Part shown: piece after piece, positions 37,297 through 46,355 of the stretch | Layout: each line of letters begins with the position of its first letter | How positions within the stretch are numbered: the first letter of the stretch is position 1 | Translations under genes and position numbers: made by a program | NCBI GenBank assembly: GCA_040880465.1 | Contig: JBBDIK010000011.1 | Location: forward strand, 177,229 to 241,228 | Source: Actinomycetota bacterium | Lineage (GTDB): Bacteria > Actinomycetota > UBA4738 > JBBDHU01 | Length of the DNA: 64,000 nt | Direction of reading: 5' to 3' | The notes under the pieces: generated by a model | What the model saw: the letters and a program-made list of their open reading frames with translations, nothing else | What the model was told of the DNA's origin: nothing | Database searches by the model: none

Positions 37297-37998
37297 CTAG
37301 CAGAGTCCAGTCTGCTTGGCTCCATAGACCGCCTGCGAGTGCGTGAAGCCTTCGCCGTACTTGGACTCCAACTGGTCGATAAGCCCCTGGCAACTGAAAG
37401 AACTGGTGTCCAAGTAGCTCTCCGCCGATTTGGCTGCCTGCTCGTTCCAGTTCACGTTGATGTGTCTTACCGCAAACACGGCGTCAGCCTTGGGAAAGCC
37501 CTCGCCATACTTGCTGGACAACTGGTCAATGAGTCCCGTCTCAGAGAACGCACCCGTTTCAAGATAGCTCTCGGCCGACTCGATGGCGTTCTCCTGGCTA
37601 ACAGTGAACTCATCCTCAAGAGCCGTGGGAGGCTCAGGAGCTTCGGTGGCAGTTACCGACGGAACAAGGTCAGGGGCCGCCACCTGATCGGCTGGCAAGT
37701 CTCCCGTAACCACCTCGGTGGACTTCTTGTCGTTCTGTCCGAGCGCGCCTGCAACACCTATCAAAACGACCGCGGCGATCACCCAGACCCACCACTGCTT
37801 CCATAGCGGACGTGAAGGTGAGGGCGTGCCGCCCCCCGATGATGTCGAGCCAAATGAAAACGCTTCCCCTGCGGGCGCAGCGGTCGGCGGAGGAGGAGCA
37901 GTCTGCGGAGATTCGGTCGATGGCAGGTCCCTACTGCAGTGCCGGCAAACAATCGCCTCGTCTTGGATCTCCTCGGCGCAGAACGGACACTTCTTCAT
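37297..37998 (-). CDS. Zinc-ribbon + TM + two Ltp repeats (superinfection-exclusion-like)
   Basis: [20 protein letters not shown]; [17 protein letters not shown]; two repeats A..SAESYL...FS..GLIDQL.SKYGEGF...AV. Confidence 0.8.
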   Translation of the reverse strand: MKKCPFCAEEIQDEAIVCRHCSRDLPSTESPQTAPPPPTAAPAGEAFSFGSTSSGGGTPSPSRPLWKQWWVWVIAAVVLIGVAGALGQNDKKSTEVVTGDLPADQVAAPDLVPSVTATEAPEPPTALEDEFTVSQENAIESAESYLETGAFSETGLIDQLSSKYGEGFPKADAVFAVRHINVNWNEQAAKSAESYLDTSSFSCQGLIDQLESKYGEGFTHSQAVYGAKQTGLC

Positions 37999-38090
37999 AG
38001 CAGCCCCCTCCGGTTCCGGGTCCGGGTCGCATGGTTTCACGCGACCGAACCCGGGCGCAAAGCGTGGAGGTGGATTCCTTGGAAGGGTCG

Positions 38091-38112
38091 CGCGGGAGAA
38101 ACGTGGGAGAAA
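38091..38112. repeat. Putative integrase arm-type sites (right end)
   Basis: CGCGGGAGAAACGTGGGAGAAA, 20/22 identical to 27723-27744. Confidence 0.65.
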
Positions 38113-38122
38113 GCGGGGACGG

Positions 38123-38180
38123 AAGAGGCCCCGGCCTGCGGCTCGCGCTTCGCGCGTTCCTGCTGGTCACGGGGCCTTTT
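38123..38180 (-). terminator. Element-supplied stem-loop downstream of the intact tRNA
   Basis: AAGAGGCCCCG (38123-38133) / CGGGGCCTTTT (38170-38180) inverted repeat. Confidence 0.5.
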
Positions 38181-38188
38181 CGCGTGAG

Positions 38189-38262
38189 TCGCGGGGGTAG
38201 GATTTGAACCTACGACCTCTGGGTTATGAGCCCAGCGAGCTACCGGACTGCTCCACCCCGCA
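38189..38262 (-). tRNA. Initiator tRNA-Met (CAT), CCA not encoded
   Basis: TGCGGGGTGGAGCAGTCCGGTAGCTCGCTGGGCTCATAACCCAGAGGTCGTAGGTTCAAATCCTACCCCCGCGA; three consecutive G:C pairs in the anticodon stem. Confidence 0.95.
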
Positions 38263-38312
38263 GAGCGATACTAGCGGGGCCTCACGCCCACCGCCAAGCC
38301 TGCCGCCAAGGC

Positions 38313-39131
38313 TCAGGCGCTCTTGACGGTCTTGGTCTTCTCGACCTGGTCGCCGGAACTATCGGTCACCACGATCGTGTACGAGTGCTCGGAGTCTGCG
38401 CAGCGGTACTCGAGGTCGGCATCCCCGGAGGGAACCTCGAATCCCTGGTTCCCCCTCAACGGCTGTCCGTCGATCTCGAACTCCACCGTTTCGGCGTTCT
38501 GCGTGTCGTAGCTGATCCGGACCTCGACCTTCTTCACAGTGTCCACGCAGCCCGTGGCTTCCTTCGGGGCCTTGTACTTGGTGATCGCCGGCTCGCCGGG
38601 CGCAACAGGCGAGATGGGCGACTCGTTGCAGTCGGTGTCGTCGGTCGTGCCATCCGGCCGGACGGTTTCGCACTTCAGTGACTTGTTCATCTGCGACTGG
38701 CTGAGGGTCGCATCCTCGAAGTTCGTCTTCGTGAGGTTCGCATCGACGAGATTCGCGCCGGTGAGGTCGGCACCGCGGAGGTCGGCGTCGGTCAGGTCGG
38801 TGTTCTTGAGGTTGGCGTCGGTAAGATCGGCATCCCGCAGGTCCGCGCGGCGCAGGTCCGCGCCGTAGAGATCGGCTTCCCGGAGGTCGGCACGCCGAAG
38901 ATCAGCTCTGGCGAGCGGCGCTTCCTTCAGGTCTGCTTCTCGGCAGTTAGTGTCCGGGAGGATCGCGCACTCACCGATCACCTGTGTGCCGGCTGGGACG
39001 TCCGGACCGGGGGACCCGGGTGAGGTCGAGACGATGGACGGACTCGTCCCGGGCGGTGGAGGTGGCGCGCTGCTCGGACAGGCGGTCAGCAGAGCGACAC
39101 TTGCCGCCAACATGATGGTGAGTCTGCGCAT
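38313..39131 (-). CDS. Pentapeptide-repeat lipoprotein
   Basis: Lipobox LLTAC; A(D/N)Lxx repeats. Confidence 0.85.
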   Translation of the reverse strand: MRRLTIMLAASVALLTACPSSAPPPPPGTSPSIVSTSPGSPGPDVPAGTQVIGECAILPDTNCREADLKEAPLARADLRRADLREADLYGADLRRADLRDADLTDANLKNTDLTDADLRGADLTGANLVDANLTKTNFEDATLSQSQMNKSLKCETVRPDGTTDDTDCNESPISPVAPGEPAITKYKAPKEATGCVDTVKKVEVRISYDTQNAETVEFEIDGQPLRGNQGFEVPSGDADLEYRCADSEHSYTIVVTDSSGDQVEKTKTVKSA

Positions 39132-39245
39132 CGGAACCCTTCAGAGATGCTTCGGCGCGAGCATACCCGGCCCCTGGACCGGGGGCGAGCACCTGCGCTA
39201 CATCCGACGCTCGAACCCGCTGGAGCGATCGCTTCCTCGTCCGGC

Positions 39246-42218
39246 TCAGGCAGCCGGCGACGCCGCCGGGCTCGGCTCGGGCGACGCTGTCACGTCGGTC
39301 GCCGTGCCGCCGGTTCCAGTCCCGGTCCCCCCTGCAGCCGACCCGGTCCCCTCGGTGCCCGCGCCGGTCGTCGGCTTCCCGACCGATGCCGCTCCCGCCT
39401 GGCGGACGAGTTGCTTCGCCTTCTCGATCTCCGCCTGGTAGGTCGCGAGGTCGCCCTTCGTGAGCGCTTCGTCCGCCTTCTCGAAATGGACGAGCGCTCG
39501 CTGCAAGAGCGCCTTCGTGTCCGACGTCGCTCCCTCGGCCCCTGCCACCTCCTCGCCCGGCTCGGCGACGGCGCCGGTACCGAGCCCCGAATCGGCCAGT
39601 GCCTCAGCGAGCGTGCTCCCGAGGCCGACACTGCCGCCGTGGACGACGATGACCCGCTTGAGTTCCGGGAAGGAGTCGGTCTGCGACGTCTGCACGAACA
39701 CCGGCTGCACGTACAGGAACGAATCCTCGAGCGGGATCACGAGCAGATTCCCGAACAGCACCACCGACCCCTGCTGACCCAGGAGGGTGCGCTCCGAAGA
39801 GAACCGTGGGAAGGTGTTGATCAGGTTGAAGACCTGGACCGGGCCGCCTACGTTCCGACCCGACGGGAACTCGAAGCTCACGACCTCGCCGTAGTGCTCC
39901 GGATCCGATCGCGCAGCGATCCAGGCGACCATGTTCTGGCGGCCCTCGGGCACGAACGGCAGGATCAGGGAGAACTCCTCATCATCCTCGCCGGGCAGCT
40001 TGGTGAGGACGTAGTACGGCCGCATCGGTGGAGCGTCCTCCGACCCGAGATTGGACTGCTCTGCCGGATCGCCGGGGATCGCCCAGAAGTTCTGCTTCTG
40101 GTAGAAGACCGCCGGGTCGGTGACATGGTAGTTCGCGTACTGCGTGGCCTGCACCTGGAACAGGTTCTCCGGGTACCGGAAGTGCGCGCGGAGGTCCTCT
40201 GGAGCCTCATCGAAACTCGTGAACAGATCCGGGTAGGTCCGTGACCACACCTGGATCAGGGGATCCTCTGGATCCGCGACATAGAGGGTCACTGTCCCGT
40301 CGTAGGCATCCACGACGGCCTTCACGGAGTTCCGCATGTAGTTCACGGTGCCGTCGAGTTGCCCGCTCGTCGCCTCGGCGAGGTCCAGGCGTTGGGAATA
40401 GGGATACAGATCGGTGCTCGTGTAGGCATCCCAGATCCATACGATCCGCCCGTCCACGATCGCCGCGTACGGGTCACCGTCGTACTTCAGGAATGGCGCC
40501 GCCTTGGGCACGCGATCCTGGATGCTGCGGTAGATCATCACGCGGCTGTCCGGCTCGATCAGATCGGAGATCATCAGGTTGACGTCCTGGAACCGCATCG
40601 AGAACAACAGCTTGCGGAAGAACCCCCCGACCGGGATGCCGCCGGACCCCTCGTAGCGGCTCGTGACCTGCTCCTGATCGTTGGTCGGCGTGCCCTGGTA
40701 GTCCAGCTCCTCCGCACCCGTTCTGGCGACGACGTAGGCGACGTCGTCTCTGACGCCGAAGTACACGCGAGGCTCGCCGGCGTTCAGCTCGTCCGCCAGT
40801 TCCGGCGGGTCCCCGATGGGCGGGATGTTGCGCAGGATGAACAGCGGACCGCCCTGTTCGCCGGCGCCGTTCACGAGGCTCGCGGCGGCACCGTAGCCGT
40901 GGGTATAGACCAGATGCTTGTTCTGCCACGTCGCGCCGGCCGTCGGGATCCCGTCCTGGCTGACCTCGCGTGGCGAGAGCATGACGACCCGCTTCTGGCC
41001 GTCGAGCACGTACCGGTCGACGGCAATGCCACTCAGGTTCGCCGGGGAGTTGCCGAACTCGTAGTAGGGCTTGATGCGCTGGAGTTGCTCGTAGTTCTCC
41101 TTCAGCAGGAAGGGGTCCCAGAGCCGGATGTTCGCGATCGTGTCGACGTTCGTCCCGGCGGCGTCGGGCGGCAGGTCCTCTGAGACCTCCGCCGATACCT
41201 GGTCCACCTCATCCAGCCCGAACGCCTCCCGGGTGAACTCGATGTTGTCCTCGATGTACGGCTGCTCGCGCTGCAGCTCCTGGGGCTCGACGCTGAACTT
41301 CTGCACGAACGCCGGGATCAGGACCCCGACCACGACGGAGACCAGGACCAGGAGTCCCACGCCGATCACCGGCAGTGCCCAACCGCGGAAGCGGATGTTG
41401 ATCAGGAACAGGATGGCGCACAGCACCGCGACGACGGCAAGGATGTTGAGGGCGGGGAGCTGGGCCTTCACATCGGTGTACGACGCGCCGGTCACCACCC
41501 CCCGCTCCGAGGTGAGCAGTTCGTAGCGGTCCAGGAAGAATCCCCAAGCCTGCACGAGCACGATGAGCCCCAGAAGGACCGAGAGATGCGCCTTGACCTG
41601 CGGGGTCACCTTCTCCACCGGCGACTGGGGGCGGATGCCCCCGAACATGTAGTGGGCCCCCGTGACGATCACGGTGGTCCCGAGGAGCGCCGAGAACAGC
41701 CACCCTTGGAGGAACTCGAGGAACGGCAGCTTGAAGATGTAGAACGCGGGATCGAGGTGGAAGAGCGGGTCGGAGACACCGAACGTGACCTCCGAGGAAT
41801 TCCGCCACGCGAGGAACGTCGACCAGTTCCTGGCAGCGCCGATCCCAACCACCAGCGCGACGAGGACGCACCCAGCAGGGATGAGCCACTTCAGATAGGG
41901 CTCGAACGCGCGCCGGTATCGCTCCACGATCTCCTGCTGTGGGGTTAGCACCCGGTACTTCGGCGCCAGTCGGCGCACGATGAGCAGGTTGACGTACAGG
42001 AGCGCGAAGAAGAGCAGTCCGAGGACGGTGCCGAGAGCGATCTGAGCCCACAGCGTCGTCCAGAACACCGACGGGAACCCCAGCTCTTGGAACCACAGCA
42101 GGTCGATGTAGAAGACCGACAGGAGTGAGAGCGTGAGGAACGTCAGGGCGAGGAGGATGACGACCACAAGCGGCCATCGCCGCCGCGGCCGCGCCACGGT
42201 TCGTGCCACGCTGCTCAT
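39246..42218 (-). CDS. UPF0182 family membrane protein
   Basis: DLLWF..GF..VF, GASYTDV, NIRLWD, HLVYTHGYG, NYMRNSVKAVVDAYDG, HFRYP, GNLL, YVQP. Confidence 0.93.
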   Translation of the reverse strand: MSSVARTVARPRRRWPLVVVILLALTFLTLSLLSVFYIDLLWFQELGFPSVFWTTLWAQIALGTVLGLLFFALLYVNLLIVRRLAPKYRVLTPQQEIVERYRRAFEPYLKWLIPAGCVLVALVVGIGAARNWSTFLAWRNSSEVTFGVSDPLFHLDPAFYIFKLPFLEFLQGWLFSALLGTTVIVTGAHYMFGGIRPQSPVEKVTPQVKAHLSVLLGLIVLVQAWGFFLDRYELLTSERGVVTGASYTDVKAQLPALNILAVVAVLCAILFLINIRFRGWALPVIGVGLLVLVSVVVGVLIPAFVQKFSVEPQELQREQPYIEDNIEFTREAFGLDEVDQVSAEVSEDLPPDAAGTNVDTIANIRLWDPFLLKENYEQLQRIKPYYEFGNSPANLSGIAVDRYVLDGQKRVVMLSPREVSQDGIPTAGATWQNKHLVYTHGYGAAASLVNGAGEQGGPLFILRNIPPIGDPPELADELNAGEPRVYFGVRDDVAYVVARTGAEELDYQGTPTNDQEQVTSRYEGSGGIPVGGFFRKLLFSMRFQDVNLMISDLIEPDSRVMIYRSIQDRVPKAAPFLKYDGDPYAAIVDGRIVWIWDAYTSTDLYPYSQRLDLAEATSGQLDGTVNYMRNSVKAVVDAYDGTVTLYVADPEDPLIQVWSRTYPDLFTSFDEAPEDLRAHFRYPENLFQVQATQYANYHVTDPAVFYQKQNFWAIPGDPAEQSNLGSEDAPPMRPYYVLTKLPGEDDEEFSLILPFVPEGRQNMVAWIAARSDPEHYGEVVSFEFPSGRNVGGPVQVFNLINTFPRFSSERTLLGQQGSVVLFGNLLVIPLEDSFLYVQPVFVQTSQTDSFPELKRVIVVHGGSVGLGSTLAEALADSGLGTGAVAEPGEEVAGAEGATSDTKALLQRALVHFEKADEALTKGDLATYQAEIEKAKQLVRQAGAASVGKPTTGAGTEGTGSAAGGTGTGTGGTATDVTASPEPSPAASPAA

Positions 42219-43219
42219 CCCTCCGGGCTCGGCGAGACGCCAAGCCTATCAACCTCGAGCTCCCCGACCGCATCCTCGAAGCTGTCTACCACCAGGAGCG
42301 GGACCTGGGGGTGCTCAGCTCGCGCCTCGGCCAGGTTCGCTCGGGGAACGATGAACAGGTCGGCATCCGCATGCTCCGCAGCCAGGATCTTCTTGCCGAT
42401 GCCCCCGATCGGCTCGACCGTCCCGTCCGTCGCGATCACCCCTGTACCGGCGATGGTTCGCCCGCCGGTGAGGTCGCCGGGGGTCAGCTCGTCGTACAGG
42501 CCGAGCGCCCACATGAGCCCGGCCGAAGGCCCACCGATCCCGTCGTCGTCGATCTTGACCTCGTACGGGAAGTTCGGCGCAAGTACGAAGCCGATCAGCG
42601 GCTCCTTCGAGTCGAGGCACGGCCCGCGGCGCAACTGGATGGACGGGTCGTTCTCCCCGGCCCCCTCCAGCTCGAACCGGATCTCGCCCGATGGCTCGAC
42701 CGCGTCGATCAGTTCCGAGGCGTCCTCCGGCCCGGCGACCGGCCGGCCCTGGACGCGAACGATGACGTCGCCGGGCCGGAGCTTGCCCTCGGCCGGACAG
42801 CCGATGCCGACCGCCGTCACCAGCGCTCCGGTTCCATGGCTCGCCGGGTAGTCGCTGACGCGATCAAGCACCACGGCCGTCGCGTTCACCTGGCTCTCCG
42901 CCATCTGATCGAGGGCACGGAGCACCTCCTCCTCCGGAGTTTCCCCGGGGGTCACGACCAGGTCCTCGGGGACCACACTAGACGAGGGGTCGAGCCATGT
43001 CGCGAGGAGCTCCACGGCCGAGAGTGGACGCGCCGACTGCGACACGGTCGTGAGCAGGAAGCGGCCTTGGGAGGGGTGCACCTCGTGACCGGACACGGTG
43101 ATGAGCTGTTCCACGTCCGCGGTGGGCCCCGGCCCCTCTGAGTAATAGGGAAGCCGGATGAACAGCGCCGGCCCGAGGATGAGCACGGGCAGGATGACGA
43201 CCACGAGCCAGCGTTTCAC
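42215..43219 (-). CDS. PDZ-domain Lon-like (YlbL) protease
   Basis: IGGPSAGLM, IAGTG, IGGIGKK; typical neighbour of UPF0182. Confidence 0.88.
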   Translation of the reverse strand: MKRWLVVVILPVLILGPALFIRLPYYSEGPGPTADVEQLITVSGHEVHPSQGRFLLTTVSQSARPLSAVELLATWLDPSSSVVPEDLVVTPGETPEEEVLRALDQMAESQVNATAVVLDRVSDYPASHGTGALVTAVGIGCPAEGKLRPGDVIVRVQGRPVAGPEDASELIDAVEPSGEIRFELEGAGENDPSIQLRRGPCLDSKEPLIGFVLAPNFPYEVKIDDDGIGGPSAGLMWALGLYDELTPGDLTGGRTIAGTGVIATDGTVEPIGGIGKKILAAEHADADLFIVPRANLAEARAEHPQVPLLVVDSFEDAVGELEVDRLGVSPSPEG

Positions 43220-43279
43220 TCGGCCATCGTACGGGTGATGCGGCGGAAGCGCGCCCGAACCGTCTAGAGTGACCGGACC

Positions 43280-43630
43280 ATGGAGGTCACCGGGTTCCTT
43301 TTCGGCACGGTACTGGTCGCGCTCGGGGCGACCGGCTGGGTCGTGACATCGCGGATCAACGGGAATCCGCTGGGCGGGGCCGTTCGGCGAACCGGCGCCC
43401 CGGACGTGGCCGGCGGCTTCGACGCCGAGACGGCCGCCACCGCGACGACCGAGGCATCCGTCCCGTTCACGTACGAGGGGAAGATCGATCACGCCACCGG
43501 CGCGAAGCGGCGCCTGCTGGCGATCGTCTGGCTGATCCTGCTGATCGGCGCCGTCGGCGTGGCGATCGCCGGCAGTATCTGGCTGCTGATCAAGGTCATC
43601 GTCGCGCAGCTGATCGAATTCGGGGGATGA
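43280..43630 (+). CDS. Hypothetical membrane protein
   Basis: Two hydrophobic segments, fills intergenic gap. Confidence 0.6.
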   Translation: MEVTGFLFGTVLVALGATGWVVTSRINGNPLGGAVRRTGAPDVAGGFDAETAATATTEASVPFTYEGKIDHATGAKRRLLAIVWLILLIGAVGVAIAGSIWLLIKVIVAQLIEFGG

Positions 43631-43649
43631 GGCGAGTCCTTCCCGCCCT

Positions 43650-44657
43650 TCAGCGGTTGCTGCGCTGCAGTTGCAACGTGGACCGGTAGGAGGGCAGATC
43701 CTCCAAGAGGATCCCCGCGCCCATCACCACCGTATCGAGCGGACGCTCCGTCAGGTGGACGGGAACCTCGCATTCGCGGGACAGCAACATCGCCATCCCT
43801 CGCAGCATGCCGCCACCGCCGGTCAGGAACATCCCCGTCTCGAGGACGTCGTGGGTGAGCTCGGGCGGCGCCTCGGCCAGCGTCTCGCGAGCGGCACCCA
43901 CGATCTCGCGCACCGGCCCCGACATGGCCTCGCGGACCTCTTCCTCGGTGAGTTCGAGGTCCCGGGGACCACCGGAATCCGCCTCGCGTCCACGGACACG
44001 GACCGCGCGCGTTCCGCCGGCGGTCGGATACGCCGAACCGATGGCCATCTTGATCCGCTCCGCCGTCTTGTCGCCGATGACGACGCCCGACACATGTCGC
44101 ACATGCTCCTGGATCGCGGCATCGAGGTCGAAGCCGCCGACCTGGATCGCACGCCCGTCGACCACGCCACCCATCGAGACCACGGCCATCTCCGACATCC
44201 CGCCGCCGATATCGACGATCAGGTTCCCGATGGGCTCGTGCACCGGGAGCCGGGCTCCGATCGCCGCCGCGAGCGGTTCCTCAACCAGGACCACCCGACG
44301 CGCGCCGGCGCGCTTGCCGGCCTCCTCGAGTGCCCGCCGTTCCACCTGCGTGCTCGTCGAGGGTGAGCAGATCAGGACGTTCGGTTTCGGGAACCGGGTG
44401 ACGCCAACCCGCTGGAAGATCACGCGCAGCATCTGCTGTGTGACCTCGAAGTCGTGGACCGTCCCGGTTCGCAGTGGTCGCGAGGCCTGGACGTTGCCCG
44501 GCGACCGGTCGATCGCGCCCCACGCCGCGTTCCCGATCTCGATGACCTGCCCGGAGCGCATCGCCACCACCGAAGGTTCGTTGTACACGATGCCCTCGCC
44601 GAGGCGATACACGAGCGTGTTCGCCGAACCCAGGTCGATCGCGAGGTCTCGGGCCAC
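43650..44657 (-). CDS. mreB: MreB/Mbl-family actin-like protein
   Basis: AIDLGSANT, EPSVVA, EEPLAAAIGA, VDIGGG, LTGGG. Confidence 0.9.
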   Translation of the reverse strand: MARDLAIDLGSANTLVYRLGEGIVYNEPSVVAMRSGQVIEIGNAAWGAIDRSPGNVQASRPLRTGTVHDFEVTQQMLRVIFQRVGVTRFPKPNVLICSPSTSTQVERRALEEAGKRAGARRVVLVEEPLAAAIGARLPVHEPIGNLIVDIGGGMSEMAVVSMGGVVDGRAIQVGGFDLDAAIQEHVRHVSGVVIGDKTAERIKMAIGSAYPTAGGTRAVRVRGREADSGGPRDLELTEEEVREAMSGPVREIVGAARETLAEAPPELTHDVLETGMFLTGGGGMLRGMAMLLSRECEVPVHLTERPLDTVVMGAGILLEDLPSYRSTLQLQRSNR

Positions 44658-45095
44658 CTAGCTCCCCATCACCCAGTGAGCGGGGCCGGTTTCCAACTGC
44701 TCCTGCTTCCAGATCGGCACGTCCTGCTTCAGTCGTTCGATCCCGTGGCGGCAGGCCTCGAACGCATCGGCGCGATGGGGCGCCGAGCACGCGACCGCCA
44801 CGGAGACCTCCCCGAGCCCGAGGTCCCCGTACCGGTGGAGCAGGGCAACGCGGCACAGCAGCCAGCCCTCGAACATCTCGCCGGCGATCTCACGGAGCCG
44901 CCGCTCCGCCAGTTCGGCCCAGGCCTCGTACCGCAAGCCGGTCACCGCTCCCCGTTCCGAGTGGTCCCGCACCGTCCCGCAGAACAGGCATGTGGCCCCG
45001 GCGGCGGGGTCGGCGACAGCGGCAAGAGCAGCCGCGGGGTCGACCACGTCCTTGGACACGCTGATCGAGATGCACCCTTCGTTCACGCGCGTCAT
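44658..45095 (-). CDS. moaE: Molybdopterin synthase catalytic subunit
   Basis: GA..FCGTVRD, LHRYGDL, SAPHR..AF, LKQDVPIWK. Confidence 0.92.
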   Translation of the reverse strand: MTRVNEGCISISVSKDVVDPAAALAAVADPAAGATCLFCGTVRDHSERGAVTGLRYEAWAELAERRLREIAGEMFEGWLLCRVALLHRYGDLGLGEVSVAVACSAPHRADAFEACRHGIERLKQDVPIWKQEQLETGPAHWVMGS

Positions 45096-45154
45096 CGTAG
45101 ACGACGGTGTCCGGCCCCCGTGTCGAACGGGCGGGTCCGACCTACGATGAGGAC

Positions 45155-46318
45155 ATGAGCGATCAGCCGGCTGGCGGCGACCCCTTCGCGAACGTCCCCC
45201 TATTCCGCGAGATCCAGCGCCTGTTGACCTCCTCCAGCGGACCCGTGAACTGGGAACTCGCTCGGCAGGTCGGCGTTGCCACGGCCGTGAGTGTAGCTCC
45301 GGACCTGCCCCTCACCGACGAGGATCGGACGGGCTTCGTCGAGGCTTCGCGGATCGCGGAACTGCAGATCGCATCCGCAACGGGACTCTCGGTCCCCGCC
45401 GAGATCGCGGCCGTGGACGTCGTCGGACGGGCGCAGTGGGTCGAGTCGTCGATCACCGACCTGCGGGATCTGGTCGAACCCGCCTCCGCACGGGTCTCCG
45501 ACGGCTTCCTGCAGATGCAGCCGGAAGTTCCCGAGGGCACTGAAGCTGGTCCACTCGCCGCCGGGTTCGACCAGGTGATCCCGCTCCTGCTCGGGATGCA
45601 GGCGGGCGCCGTCTTCGGCACCATGGCGCAGCAGGTGTTCGGCCGCTACGACATCGCGATGCCCCGTCCCGGACCGAGCCGGCTGCAGTTCGTCGTCCCG
45701 AACATCGCGGCGTTCGAACACGACTGGAGCCTCCCGCCGGCCGAGTTCCGTCAGTGGATCGCCCTGCACGAGGTGGCGCATCGGTTCGAGTTCGCGCAGC
45801 CGTGGGTTCGCGAGCACCTCTTGGGGCTCGTCCGCGATTTCATGTCGACATTGGAGGTGGACGTCTCGGGACTCCAACAGCAGCTCGAGCAGCTCGATCC
45901 GATGGGGAACCCCGAGTCCCTCCAGGGATTCCTGCAGGGGGGCGACGGACTGTTCGGCGCGATCCTCGACGACGAACAGCGACTGAAGCTGCACCGCATC
46001 CAGTCCTTCATGGCGGCGGCGGAGGGGTACGGTGACCACGTCATGCACGCGGTGGGACGAACGATGCTGTCGGTCTCGTCGCAGATCGAGGAAGCCATGC
46101 GCCGGTACCGCGAGGACGAGCACGGGGACCCGGTGTTCGAGCGACTCCTCGGGATCGAGATGAGACGGGAGCACTACGCGCTGGGGCGAGACTTCTGCGA
46201 CGTTGTCGCCGAGACCGCCAGCGAGACGGTCCTCGCCACGATGTGGAACTCCCCCGACGCCCTCCCCTCGATGCCTGAACTCCAAGAACCCCTGCTCTGG
46301 ATGGCTCGCACTGCCTAG
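45155..46318 (+). CDS. Zinc-dependent metalloprotease (actinobacterial zincin family)
   Basis: GPVNWELARQ, ALHEVAH..F, EGYGDHV, LP...EL..P..W. Confidence 0.85.
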   Translation: MSDQPAGGDPFANVPLFREIQRLLTSSSGPVNWELARQVGVATAVSVAPDLPLTDEDRTGFVEASRIAELQIASATGLSVPAEIAAVDVVGRAQWVESSITDLRDLVEPASARVSDGFLQMQPEVPEGTEAGPLAAGFDQVIPLLLGMQAGAVFGTMAQQVFGRYDIAMPRPGPSRLQFVVPNIAAFEHDWSLPPAEFRQWIALHEVAHRFEFAQPWVREHLLGLVRDFMSTLEVDVSGLQQQLEQLDPMGNPESLQGFLQGGDGLFGAILDDEQRLKLHRIQSFMAAAEGYGDHVMHAVGRTMLSVSSQIEEAMRRYREDEHGDPVFERLLGIEMRREHYALGRDFCDVVAETASETVLATMWNSPDALPSMPELQEPLLWMARTA

Positions 46319-46355
46319 GCCCGGCAGGCCCGCCCAAGCTGTATCCTTCGCACCG

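Larger units (their letters stand above)
27566..38236. mobile_element. tRNA-fMet-integrated element with phage-satellite (PICI-like) gene content
   Basis: Flanking 49-bp repeats, tyrosine integrase, xre/xis, helicase, small terminase; no capsid, tail or conjugation genes recognised. Confidence 0.88.

Noticed and set aside
27566-38236. Complete prophage, ICE or AICE
   Set aside because: No capsid, portal, large terminase, tail, lysis, relaxase, T4SS or TraB/FtsK genes recognised
38700-38940. 15-bp periodic DNA repeats
   Set aside because: Explained by the pentapeptide-repeat coding sequence
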